Of a DNA stretch of 64,000 nt, positions 37,215-49,252 are shown in pieces (positions within the stretch are counted from its first letter, which is position 1; each line of letters starts with the position of its first letter). Origin of the DNA: Macrostomum hystrix (taxonomy: Eukaryota > Animalia > Platyhelminthes); NCBI GenBank assembly GCA_950097015.1, contig CATNEN010000030.1, forward strand, positions 1,922,001 to 1,986,000, read 5' to 3'. The translations under genes and the position numbers were made by a program. The notes beneath the pieces are model-generated. The model was not told where the DNA came from. It made no database searches and saw nothing but the letters and a program-made list of their open reading frames with translations.

Positions 37215-38215
37215 ATTATAATTTAGCGATGATCATTTAGCGATGATCATTTAGCGATGATCATTTAGCGATGATCATTCAGCGATGATCATTCAGCGAT
37301 GATCATTTAGCGATGATCATTCAGCGATGATCATTTAGCGATGATCATTTAGCGATGATCATTTAGTGATGATCATTTAGCGATGATCATTTAGCGATGA
37401 TCATTTAGCGATGATCATTTAGCGATGATCATTCAGCGATGATCATTTAGCGATGATCATTTAGCGATGATCAGTTAGCGATGATCATTTAGCGATGATC
37501 ATTTAGCGATGATCATTTAGCGATGATCATTCAGCTATGATCATTTAGCGATGATCATTCAGCGATGATCATTTAGCGATGATCATTTAGCGATGATCAT
37601 TTAGCGATGATCATTTAGCGATGATCATTTAGCGATGATCATTTAGCGATGATCATTTAGCGATGATCATTTAGCGATGATCATTTAGCGATGATCATTT
37701 AGCGATGATCATTTAGCGATGATCATTTAGCGATGATCATTTAGCGATGATCATTTAGCGATGATCATTTAGCGATGATCATTCAGCGATGATCATTTAG
37801 CGATGATCATTTAGCGATGATCATTTAGCGATGATCATTTAGCGATGATCATTTAGCGATGATCATTCAGCGATGATCATTCAGCGATGATCATTCAGCG
37901 ATGATCATTCAGCGATGATCATTCAACGATGATCATTTAGCGATGATCATTTAGCGATGATCATTTAGCGATGATCATTTAGCGATGATCATTCAGCGAT
38001 GATCATTTAGCGATGATCATTTAGCGATGATCATTTAGCGATGATCAGTTAGCGATGATCATTTAGCGATGATCAGTTAGCGATGATCATTTAGCGATGA
38101 TCATTTAGCGATGATCATTTAGCGATGATCATTTAGCGATGATCATTTAGCGATGATCATTTAGCGATGATCAGTTAGCGATGATCATCTAGCGATGATC
38201 AGTTAGCGATGAGCT
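37215..38215. repeat. 14-bp minisatellite (gatcatttagcgat)
   Basis: About 70 units with a palindromic atgatcat junction. Confidence 0.97.
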
Positions 38216-38654
38216 ATTTAGAGCACAGTGACCTTTCTCATCGGATTGTACCATCCAAAGTTACCCAATTAAATTAAAAAAATCACACCCTATAGACAAG
38301 ATAAGTCACGAATGGGACCGAGAAGATCTGGCTGCTTACTACAATACAACGTGTTTATGTATTATGACAGACAATAATACACCAAGTCATATTGGTTTTG
38401 TCGGTGGGTAAGATATGACTACTGGCTGTGCGTGCAATGGACTGCTTTTTGAGTTCATTTTTGAGTTAGTTATTGGAGAAGCATGCGTGGCCATATACCA
38501 TTTGTGTCCTTCGTACACATGATATTATTTGTAATTACTGTATCTTAGTGCCTTAGCTAATTTACTAAGTGCTGTGAACGCATAGCTTTATACGTTCTTG
38601 TATCAGAGTACTTTCTTGGGCCAAAACGTTGTTAGAAAAAGCGAGTATCAGGCC

Positions 38655-39470
38655 GTGATCAAATAGTGTAAAAAAATAGAATGAGTGTCAGACAGTGGGG
38701 CAAAAAGTGTCAGAAAAACCGACTGAGTGTCACAGGGTCGAACAGTGTTAGAAAAAAGTGACTGAGTGTCAGACTGCTGGTCAAAAAGTGTCAGAAAAAA
38801 GCGAGCGAGCGTCAGATTGTAAGTCAGTGTCAGAAAAAGCCGAGTGAGTGTCAGACTGTGGGCCAAAAAGTTTTGGAAAAAACGAGTGTGTCAGACTGTG
38901 GGTCAAAAAGTGTCAGAAAAAAGCGAGTGAGTGTCAGACTTTAGTCACACTGTGTCAGAAAAAGCCGAGTGAGTGTCAGACTGTGGGCAAAAAAGTTTTG
39001 GAAAAAACGAGTGTGTCAGACTGTGGGTCAAAAAGTGTCAGAAAAAAGCGAGTGAGTGTCAGACTGAGAGCCAAAAAGTGTCAGAAAAAAAGCGAGTGAG
39101 TGTCAGACTGTGGGCCAAAAAGTGTCAGAAAAAAGCCGAGTCAGTGTCAGACTGTGAGTCACACAGTGTCAGAAAAAAGCTAGTAAGTGTCAGACTGTGG
39201 GTCAAACAGTGTCGGAAAAAGCTAGTAAGTGTCAGACTGCAAGTCAAAAAGTGTCAGAAAAAAGCCGAGTGAGTGTCAGACTGCGGGGTCACACAGTGTC
39301 AGAAAAAAGCGAGTGAGTGTCAGACTGTGGGTCACACAGTGTCAGAAAAAAGCGAGTGAGTGTCAGACTGTGGGTCACACAGTGTCAGAAAAAAGCGAGT
39401 GAGTGTCAGACCGTGGCTCAAGAAGTGTCAGAAAAAAAGCTAGTAAGTGTCAGACCGTGGGTCAAGAAGT
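38655..39470. repeat. Degenerate ~40-bp minisatellite (gtgtcagaaaaaagcgagtgagtgtcagactgtggg...)
   Basis: Tandem units beginning ~35 bp downstream of the GPCR stop codon. Confidence 0.92.
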
Positions 39471-39503
39471 ATCGTTCGTTGAAACTCGCTTGTCACTGTC
39501 GCT

Positions 39504-42500
39504 TTAGATTCCGTCTGCGGACTGCTGACCGATGGAATTTACCGAGTTGATGGTGCCGGCGATGCTGAATGCAGCCTGTTGATCTGCCACTTGAGTCCCA
39601 GGCCGAAGGATGGCGTAAATCTGCCAAATTGAGTTTGAGGCTTTGAGTTTCTAGTCAACCAAATCGATCAGAACCATCCGGCAATGCGAATACATAAAAT
39701 AGAAGTTCTGTAATATTTGTTGTCCGGAATCGATCCTGAATTATCAATCCCACTAGATCAATCCCACTAGATCAATCCCACTAGATCCCACTAGATCCCA
39801 CTAGATCAATCCCACTAGATCAATCCCACTAGATCAATCCCACTAGATCAATCTGAAAATACAATCCCACAAGATCAATCTGAAAATACAATCCCACTAG
39901 ATCAATCTGAAAATACAATCCCACAAGAGCAATCCCACAGGATTAATCGGTAAACACAATACTTCCAAGATCAATCCCAGAATATTAATCCCGAAGATCG
40001 ATTCTGCTCGCCAAAATCTTACAAAATCGAAAGTCCAAACAATATCTCTCCCACGTGGCTAATCCCACAAGATCAATCCCGCAAAGCTAATCCCACCTTG
40101 CTGCCGAACACCAGCACAACGGTGGTAGCGGCGCAGGCCAGAATGCACACGGACACCAGGCCGAACTTCAGGTCCAGCTCAGTGTCCGGCAGCACGAACA
40201 GCAGGGCCACCCCAGCCACGCCCATCACCACAGTGTTGTAGACGCAGATGCCGATTGTCTTGGAGTCGTTCAGCTCTTCAATGTAGATGTTCCGAGTCTC
40301 CCAGGCGAACATGATACCCACGGCGAGAAGCAGGCCTGTGTGTCAGTGTCTTGGATAATCAGTGAGACTGCGAGTCAAACTGCACTTCACTTTGATTGCT
40401 TAACCGCTTACCATTCAGTCCGATCAGGCAGCCCTCCCAGATTCGATGATAGGTTGAACGGCAGACCAGCACACTTCGCTTCGTGATTAACGTGTTCAGC
40501 GCGTTTGGCTAGAATGTTTGAGAGCGATCGGAGGGAGCGAGGTGGGTGTCGGGAGGTAAGAATATTTTGAGGGAGTGAGGTGGGTGTCAAAGGATGTGGA
40601 CTGTTTGAGGGAGTGAGGTGGGTGTCAAAGGATGTGGACTGTTTGAGGGAGTGAGGTGGGTGTCTTGAGTTGAGAATAGTTTTAGGGAGTGAGGTGGGTA
40701 GAGTTCAAGGTATTAGGACTAAGGATATTCAGACACCTCGGAGGACTTAGTAAGAAAAATTAATTCAGTCAAGAGCCCCATTCTGCACCGAGTCGGGCAG
40801 GCTGATCTGGCGAAGTTGAAGCGGATCGGCGCTGGCCCAGATTCCAATGAAGAGCGCATCGGCCAGCACCACGGAGAATGCGATGGCAATCAGCTGATAG
40901 TCGCGAATCACCTGGCATTACAAATGAGGGGCACTGATTGGTTAAAAAAGTTGCCGAAAAAGCTCACCAAATGCAACTCATGGGGCTTCAGGCACTCCGC
41001 CAGCCAATCAGGCACTCGGCCAGCCAATCAGTCACTTAGCCAGCAAATCAGGAGTGTCAGCCAATAGGCGCACCACACGTCGCATCTGGCGATTGCTGAA
41101 TACGCGGTGCACTCGCCAGGTCTTGGCCAGCAGGGCGCCGTAGGCCAGCGAGTAGCCGGAGCTGAGCAGGCAGAGCTCCAGCCAGCAGAGACCAGTGGTG
41201 AGCTGCAGCTCAGCGTTGGCGGCCCTGGCCAGGCAGGAGCAGAAGCAAAGCAGGCAGCCGGTGCCAATGAGGTTGTTGATGTTGGGGCTGCTCATGCGAA
41301 TTAGGCGAGCCTCGCGGTGCCTCACGTTGAATGCCACGCAGGCGAGCGAGCACAGGATAGACAGTGAGGACAGGCAGGCGATGAGCACAGCCCAGGACTG
41401 CGACACGCGCTCTGTCTGCCATTCCACAGCTGGCTGATCCAGTGTAGGCGTGCCGTCTGTGGGAGTTGGTAAATGGCGCCTTGTAAATATTTTGAGCTAG
41501 TAGATCTCATATCCTATGGGATGTGGAGTACAAAAGTTTACCAGCGAACCAGACTTCAGTAAGCCAGGCAATGCTGTCGGTGGACGGGTCAAAGCGTGCC
41601 ACTAGCATGCGAGTGAGATCTGCCAGATGCATTTGGTTTAGCGTGTTCAGCGAGAGAAAAATGGTAAATATTTCACAATGAAAATATACTTCACAATTGA
41701 TTTCAGAATAGAATTCAGAATATATTTCAGGATAGAACTCAGAATAGACTTCAGGATAGAACTCAGAATATATTTCAGGATAGAACTCAGAATATATTTC
41801 AGGATAGAACTCAGGATATACTTCAGGATAGTACTCAGAATAGATTTCAGGATAGAACTCAGAATAGACTTCTGGATAGAACTCAGAATCATTTGAAAAG
41901 TCCTCGAAATTCAACTCACTCCGTATCTGGTAGACATTCACCCGCACAATCCGATCGCCCTCCGGGTTAAATCGGATGCGACCCTGTATGATCGTTAAAA
42001 AAATTGGACGAACAGTTGCGAACTATCCTACTCACAGTAGACATTCGAAAATAAGCAACCAAAATATTGTAGTAATTTCACCTTATTTTCTATCCCCAGA
42101 ACTCACCGTAATTCCAAAGTAGTCCACCCGGCGCAGGCTATCATATAGGGCAGTTTTAAATGACGTATCGTTCAGCCGCAGTCTCGGGTTGTAGGTCTGA
42201 GTGTCCAGGGTGCTGTTGATTGCCACGGCTGAGGTCAGCACCGAGTCCATGTGCATACTCAGACCGGTCAGACCGTACATCTGGCCTAGCACTTCCGGGT
42301 AGTGATTCCGGAAGCTGGCGAATATGTCGTCACCTGACTGCCGACAGGAGGTTGGATCACTAATTGAAGGCAACCCTCTGACTCAGTTAAGTCACGCAAT
42401 CAAGATACTCTCTGACTCGGTTGAGTCACGCAATCAAGATACTCTCTGACCCACCCTGGTCACACACTCTTGTCACTCTCTGACCCACCCTGGTCACACA

Positions 42501-45500
42501 CTCTTGTCACTCTCTGACCCACCCTGGTCACACACTCTTGTCACTCTCTGACCCACCCTGGTCACACACTCTTGTCACTCTCTGACCCACCCTGGTCACA
42601 CACTCTTGTCACTCTCTGACCCACCCTGGTCACACACTCTTGTCACTCTCTGACCCACCCTGGTCACACACTCTTGTCACTCTCTGACCCACCCTGGTCA
42701 CACACTCTTGTCACTCTCTGACCCACCCTGGTCACACACTCTTGTCACTCTCTGACCCACCCTTGTCACGGCTCGACCTGGGAACTCACAGCGTTTAGAA
42801 TGCATCGCGGATTCGGCGCTCTAGTCTCTTCCACCACATTGTCGAATTCGATCGCGCCCTCCATGGCCAGGGCGCGGTTGCCTCGCTGGCAGGAATCCGG
42901 CACGTCGTATTCAGTGAAGACATAGCCCAGCTGTATAAACATGTACTTTTGACCATAGGCAGACATGCTATGGATCTGGAAAGTTAAGTTTGCGCTAATA
43001 AAAGCCTGAACATATCTGTCATGTGTGGTTTTCATTTCATCGAAAATTTTTGTGCTTTCGCGAGACCTTCTTTTAACGAGGCTAATTTAGAGTTAACTAG
43101 AAGTAGCTAAAAAGTGGCAAACACGCACAGTAAGACCTTTTAAGGTCTGAAACTGTTAGACTTTTCCTAATCAAACAATTAGGCATCAGAATAGGCTCAC
43201 GAAACCAGCTAGGATGACTGAATCTCTTCTTATTTGAAAGGAAGTCAAACAAGTCACTTCCCCTTTGATTTTTTTATACTCGTAAAAGTTTTCTAAGAAG
43301 CACAGATTTTCCTTACCAAGCAGTCCAGCCTAGATCTGAATTTTTCATAGGGTAGTGCGCGAAATACCACAAAGACTCGAATGTCCATTTTCTGAAATTT
43401 TTATTTATTTAAAGGCTGGGTACAGGGGTCGAAGCCTAGTGGTTAGAGTGGCTGACCAAATCTAGCAGCTGTTATTATGACCAAATCTACCAGCTGTTAT
43501 TATGACCAAATCTACCAGCTGTTATTATGACCAAATCTACCAGCTGTTATTATGACCAAATCTACCAGCTGTTATTATGACCAAATCTACCAGCTGTTAT
43601 TATGACCAAATCTACCAGCTGTTATTATGACCAAATCTACCAGCTGTTATTATGACCAAATCTACCAGCTGTTATTATGACCAAATCTACCAGCTGTTAT
43701 TATGACCAAATCTACCAGCTGTTATTATGACCAAATCTACCAGCTGTTATTATGACCAAATCTACCAGCTGTTATTATGACCAAATCTACCAGCTGTTAT
43801 TATGACCAAATCTACCAGCTGTTATTATGACCAAATCTACCAGCTGTTATTATGACCAAATCTACCAGCTGTTATTATGACCAAATCTACCAGCTGTTAT
43901 TATGACCAAATCTACCAGCTGTTATTATGACCAAATCTACCAGCTGTTATTATGACCAAATCTACCAGCTGTTATTATGACCAAATCTACCAGCTGTTAT
44001 TATGACCAAATCTACCAGCTGTTATTATGACCAAATCTACCAGCTGTTATTATGACCAAATCTACCAGCTGTTATTATGACCAAATCTACCAGCTGTTAT
44101 TATGACCAAATCTACCAGCTGTTATTATGACCAAATCTACCAGCTGTTATTATGACCAAATCTACCAGCTGTTATTATGACCAAATCTACCAGCTGTTAT
44201 TATGACCAAATCTACCAGCTGTTATTATGACCAAATCTACCAGCTGTTATTATGACCAAATCTACCAGCTGTTATTATGACCAAATCTACCAGCTGTTAT
44301 TATGACCAAATCTACCAGCTGTTATTATGACCAAATCTACCAGCTGTTATTATGACCAAATCTACCAGCTGTTATTATGACCAAATCTACCAGCTGTTAT
44401 TATGACTAAATCTACCAGCTGTTATTATGACTAAATCTACCAGCTGTTATTATGACCAAATCTAGCAGCTGTTATTATGACCAAATCTACCAGCTGTTAT
44501 TATGACCAAATCTAGCAGCTGTTATTATGACCAAATCTACCAGCTGTTATTATGACCAAATCTACCAGCTGTTATTATGACCAAATCTACCAGCTGTTAT
44601 TATGACCAAATCTAGCAGCTGTTATTATGACCAAATCTACCAGCTGTTATTATGACCAAATCTACCAGCTGTTATTATGACCAAATCTACCAGCTGTTAT
44701 TATGACCAAATCTACCAGCTGTTATTATGACCAAATCTACCTGCTGTTATTATGACCAAATTTACCTGCTGTTATTATGACCATATCTAACAGTTTGTCT
44801 TGTATGACCAAATCTACCAGCTGTTATTATGACCAAATCTACCAGCTGTTATTATGACCAAATCTACCAGCTGTTATTATGACCAAATCTACCTGCTGTT
44901 ATTATGACCAAATCTACCAGCTGTTATTATGACCAAATCTACCAGCTGTTATTATGACCAAATCTACCAGCTGTTATTATGACCAAATCTACCAGCTGTT
45001 ATTATGACCAAATCTACCAGCAGTAATGAACTGTACAGTCACGTTACAATTTCTTGACTTTAATAGAGTGACGTCAGCTTACAAGTAGTGAAGTTAGGCT
45101 GTCGGTTGGGTCGTCGTGATAAATAGCTTTGCCAGCAATGCTGATGTTGTTAGCTTTAAGCTTCTGCTCCACTTCTAAGCAAAGCTGCGGATTCAGGAGT
45201 GAAGGCATTTTATCATATGTTTCCTATTTTTCCTGCTGCTTGTGGTCACAAAAATCGGGTTGCATTAGTTCACTCTAAGTGGTTCACTTTTTACACTGTG
45301 AAACTATCGGGTGTCATCACAGGCAGTGGTGTGTCATCACAGGCAGTGGGGTGTCATCACAGGCAGTGGGGTGTCATCACAGGCAGTGGGGTGTCATGAC
45401 AGGCAGTGGGGTGTCATGACAGACAGTGGGGTGTCATCACAGGCAGTGGGGTGTCATGACAGACAGTGGGGTGTCATCACAGGCAGTGGGGTGTCATGAC

Positions 45501-48500
45501 AGACAGTGGGGTGTCATCACAGGCAGTGGGGTGTCATCACAGGCAGTGGGGTGTCATCACAGGCAGTGGGGTGTCATCACAGGCAGTGGGGTGTCATCAC
45601 AGGCAGTGGGGTGTCATCACAGGCAGTGGGGTGTCATCACAGGCAGTGGGGTGTCATCACAGGCAGTGGGGTGTCATGACAGACAGTGGGGTGTCATCAC
45701 AGACAGTGGGGTGTCATCACAGGCAGTGGGGTGTCATCACAGACAGTGGGGTGTCATGACAGACAGTGGGGTGTCATCACAGGCAGTGGGGTGTCATGAC
45801 AGACAGTGGGGTGTCATCACAGGCAGTGGGGTGTCATGACAGACAGTGGGGTGTCATCACAGGCAGTGGGGTGTCATGACAGACAGTGGGGTGTCATCAC
45901 AGGCAGTGGGGTGTCATGACAGACAGTGGGGTGTCATCACAGGCAGTGGGGTGTCATCACAGGCAGTGGGGTGTCATCACAGACAGTGGGGTGTCATCAC
46001 AGGCAGTGGGGTGTCATCACAGGCAGTGGGGTGTCATGACAGACAGTGGGGTGTCATCACAGACAGAGGTGACTCACGGCATAGATGGAGTTGTAGTCCA
46101 CTGTTAAGATTCCAATCTTGTCCCACCGGAATCTCTTAAGAATGCCCATCACAGCAGTGACGTAAATCTCGTCAGTCACACTCATCCGAAAATAGTACGG
46201 ATACAGCGCCTTGTTGCTGAGGGTCGGCGTGAAGTCCAGAAAGCCCATCTAGATTTTGAGAAGTTGTTTGTCACATTTTTAATTTATTAGTCTTGCATAG
46301 TAGAATCGATAACTAGATAGATTATTTTAGACATCTTTTTCTGTCTTGCTACTAATTAAAAGACACCCGGCAAAGGCAACACCTGGACGCGACAGCAAAG
46401 CTATATTGACAGAATTTGGTCATCAAAATAAAACAAAAGCAACAAGGAAGCAATCGAGTCTACGATCTGACACCTGAGATTCTAGAATAGATTGACATGG
46501 GAAGGTGAAGTCGCAGGTGTCATAGGCTCAAGGGAGCTGTAGATTACTGCTAATCGCTTTGCATTCCATGTGGCTGTTGAATGCCGCAGTCACATCAGTA
46601 TTGTTTCATCCCTTTCGGTATTCTATGTCATGAATCAGGTGGCTTAATTAGTCTACAGGTAGCTTAAGTCACTTGATTTGTCTATGGTCCAACTCCATGA
46701 TCGTCGTCCGGGCTAAAGAAAATATTTCAAGATTGACGTCGATGAGACAGAAAATGTTCAGTTGCTTTATTTTATTATCGGCTATCTGCGAAAAAAAGTA
46801 TATCAATTTCTGTATTTTTTTAATTATTGCTGATTTTAAGATTCGATATTAAAGACAATCGAAAAGTGATTTGTAACTTGTGCGCAAGAAATAGTTTTTT
46901 TCGGAACTTAAAAACTTGTTTTGTGGTAAGAGCAGCGAACTCACGACTTCAAGGTCAGGGGTTCGATTCCCGAATCCACTAGAGCAATTTGTGCCAATTA
47001 GCAGGACACTTAACTCTGCATTGCTTCAATTCACTTAGCTGTTTAATAAGTGGCAGCAAGGAAGCTTGAAAAAATCGGTAAGGTCTTCTCAACGTTAACT
47101 ACAGATTGTTTTGTGACACGCTTTATTCCCTCCGTATAAAGATCTGCCCCAGGGTTGTCTTCGTCCCAAAAGCCGCTTAATGTGACTTGACTAATGCGAC
47201 CCCTTTTCGGCCCATCAGCTTGTCTTCCTTTTGTGCTAAGCTTATGGTACGACCCATTCTCTAGTGGCTTAGAGATTGCGACCTCCATACCGCCCCGATC
47301 AGCGAATTTCAGTTCCAGTCTTAACGCCCAACTGAAACTCCCCCTCACGGCTGCTTACCCCTATACCCCCTGCCTCAACACCCTGCTGAAACTCCCTCTC
47401 ACGGCTGCTTACCCCTTTACCCCCTGCCTCAACACCCTGCTGAACCCCCCCATCACTGCTGCTAACCCCTCTACCCCCTGCCTCAACACCCTGCTGAAAC
47501 TCCCTCTCACGGCTGCTTACCCCTTTACCCCCTGCCTCAACACCCTGCTGAAACTCCCTCTCACGGCTGCTAACCCCTCTACCCCCTGCCTCAACACCCT
47601 GCTGAAACTCCCTCTCACGGCTGCTTACCCCTCTACCCCCTGCCTCAACACCCTGCTGAAACTCCCTCTCACGGCTGCTTACCCCTCTACCTTGGCTCAC
47701 CTGGGGCAGGCTGTAGAACCTGCAGATCTGTGCGAGAGCCTCAGTCTCAGACGGATATGTGGAGCCAAACAGCAGCACGATGTTGTCGCTTTGAAAGAAC
47801 CCGTCGATGAAATTTTTTATAGCCTGGCCTGAGTTCTCGCTCTGCGTTTGTTGTTTGATAATGTTTGCAATTTTGAAGATTGGGATTGGAAACTGTTGGG
47901 GTTGGAAAAATGGGGATTGAAAAATATTTGGTGGGAGGAGGAAGGTGGGAGTGTGAAAGTTGGGAGTGTGAAGGTGGGAGTGTGAAGGTAGGAGTGTGAA
48001 GGTGGGAGTATGAAAGGTGGGAGTGTCAAGGTGGGAGTGTGAAGGTGGGAGTATGAAAGGTGGGAGTGTGAAGGTGGGAGTGTGAAGGTGGGAGTGCGAA
48101 GGTGGGAGTGTGAAGGTGGGAGTGTGAAAGGCGGGAGTGTGAAAGTTGCGAGTGTGAAGGTGGGATTGTGAAGGTGGGATTGTGAAGGTGGGGTGTGAAG
48201 GTGGGAGTATGAAAGGTGGGAGTGTGAAGGTGGGAGTGTGAAGGTGGGAGTGTGAAGGTCGGAGTGTGAAGGTGGGAGTGTGAAGGTGGGAGTGTGAAGG
48301 TGGGAGTGTGAAGGTGGGAGTGTGAAATGCGGGAGTGTGAAAGTTGGGAGTGTGAAGGTGGGAGTGTGAAGGTAGGAGTGTGAAGGTGGGAGTATGAAAG
48401 GTGGGAGTGTGAAGGTGGGAGTGTGAAGGTGGGAGTATGAAAGGTGGGAGTGTGAAGGTGGGAGTGTGAAGGTGGGAGTGTGAAGGTGGGGTGTGAAGGT

Positions 48501-49081
48501 GGGAGTATGAAAGGTGGGAGTGTGAAGGTGGGAGTGTGAAGGTGGGAGTGTGAAGGTCGGAGTGTGAAGGTGGGAGTGTGAAGGTAGGAGCGTGAAGGTG
48601 GGAGTGTGAAGGTGGGAGTGTGAAGGTGGGAGTGTGAAGGTGGGAGTGTGAAGGTGGGAGTGTGAAATGCGGGAGTGTGAAAGTTGGGAGTGTGAAGGTG
48701 GGAGTGTGAAGGTAGGAGTGTGAAGGTGGGAGTATGAAAGGTGGGAGTGTGAAGGTGGGAGTGTGAAGGTGGGAGTGTGAAGGTGGGAGTATGAAAGGTG
48801 GGAGTGTGAAGGCGTCACCTCACCCCGTTGGTTCCATGCCGGTGTAGCTGAATGCGGAAGCCGGGGAACAGATCGGTCCGGTTGTTGATGTAGTCGACAC
48901 TGAACTGAAGCATCTGCTCATTGGGCAGGAATAGGTGAGCAGAGCAGATGGCAAGGGTGTGAACCACTGTGCGGTTGTCGTCCAGTGGAGCCAAGTCAAA
49001 TTCCTCTGCTGCAGAAGCCACGTAGATGAAGTCAACCCCAAGACACAGGGACAATGCGACCAGAACAATCAGAGGCTGCAT
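39504..49081 (-). CDS. GABA-B-receptor-like class C GPCR, ~754 aa; exons 49081-48824, 47841-47701, 46248-46078, 45184-45083, 43391-43317, 42975-42790, 42337-42107, 41983-41920, 41619-41542, 41456-41074, 40911-40789, 40508-40412, 40335-40097, 39620-39504
   Basis: Signal peptide; Venus-flytrap motifs (TPTLSNKALYPYYFR, RFRWDKIGIL, FGIT|GRIRFNPEGDR); no cysteine-rich domain; 7TM motifs RLIRMSSPNINNLI, LLAKTWRVHRVF, FAWETRN...LNDSKTIGICVYN. All 13 introns are GT-AG and phase-consistent. Confidence 0.93.
39750..39950. repeat. Intronic repeat (atcaatcccactag)
   Basis: The - strand unit ctagtgggattgat resembles the exon 13 donor aag|gtgggattag. Confidence 0.85.
40545..40700. repeat. Short intronic tandem repeat (gagggagtgaggtgggtgtc...)
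   Basis: About 5 imperfect units next to the exon 12 acceptor. Confidence 0.8.
41700..41890. repeat. 24-bp intronic minisatellite (aactcagaatatatttcaggatag)
   Basis: About 8 units. Confidence 0.92.
42420..42770. repeat. 34-bp intronic minisatellite (ctctgacccaccctggtcacacactcttgtcact)
   Basis: About 10 perfect units abutting the exon 6 donor. Confidence 0.96.
43449..45020. repeat. 25-bp minisatellite (tgaccaaatctaccagctgttatta), GPCR intron 4
   Basis: About 63 units, immediately preceded by a tRNA A-box-like head gcctagtggttagagtggc. Confidence 0.97.
45311..46070. repeat. 20-bp minisatellite (gtgtcatcacaggcagtggg)
   Basis: About 38 units abutting the exon 3 donor; the - strand unit gtgatgacacc resembles the donor gtgagtcacc. 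Confidence 0.97.
46921..47060 (+). mobile_element. tRNA-derived SINE family B
   Basis: gtggtaagagc (A box), ggttcgattcc (B box), agcaggacacttaact; duplicate at 55085-55225. Confidence 0.75.
47332..47690. repeat. 54-bp minisatellite abutting the GPCR exon 2 donor
   Basis: About 6.5 units; duplicate at 55498-55856. Confidence 0.95.
47935..48812. repeat. 14-bp G-rich minisatellite (gaaggtgggagtgt) filling GPCR intron 1
   Basis: Starts ~10 bp after the exon 1 donor; duplicate at ~56100-56890. Confidence 0.97.
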
Positions 49082-49252
49082 TATGTGCAAGCGAGTGTGA
49101 GCACATGTGAGCACAACGGAAAATTGAATTTTTGCATAGATTCGTTTTTAAAAGCACTGCTTAGATCTGATCAGAAACTGATTTGATTGGTTCTGAATTA
49201 TGATTGGAGAAAATACAAGTGCGTTGCTTGCATCATGTCGAAATCAGTGTGA

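Noticed and set aside
43100-43240. Alternative candidate for GPCR exon 5 (RDSVILAGF or KRFSHPSWF frames)
   Set aside because: Phases do not fit; 43391-43317 has the correct phase, a strong donor and better similarity (KMDIRVFVVF).
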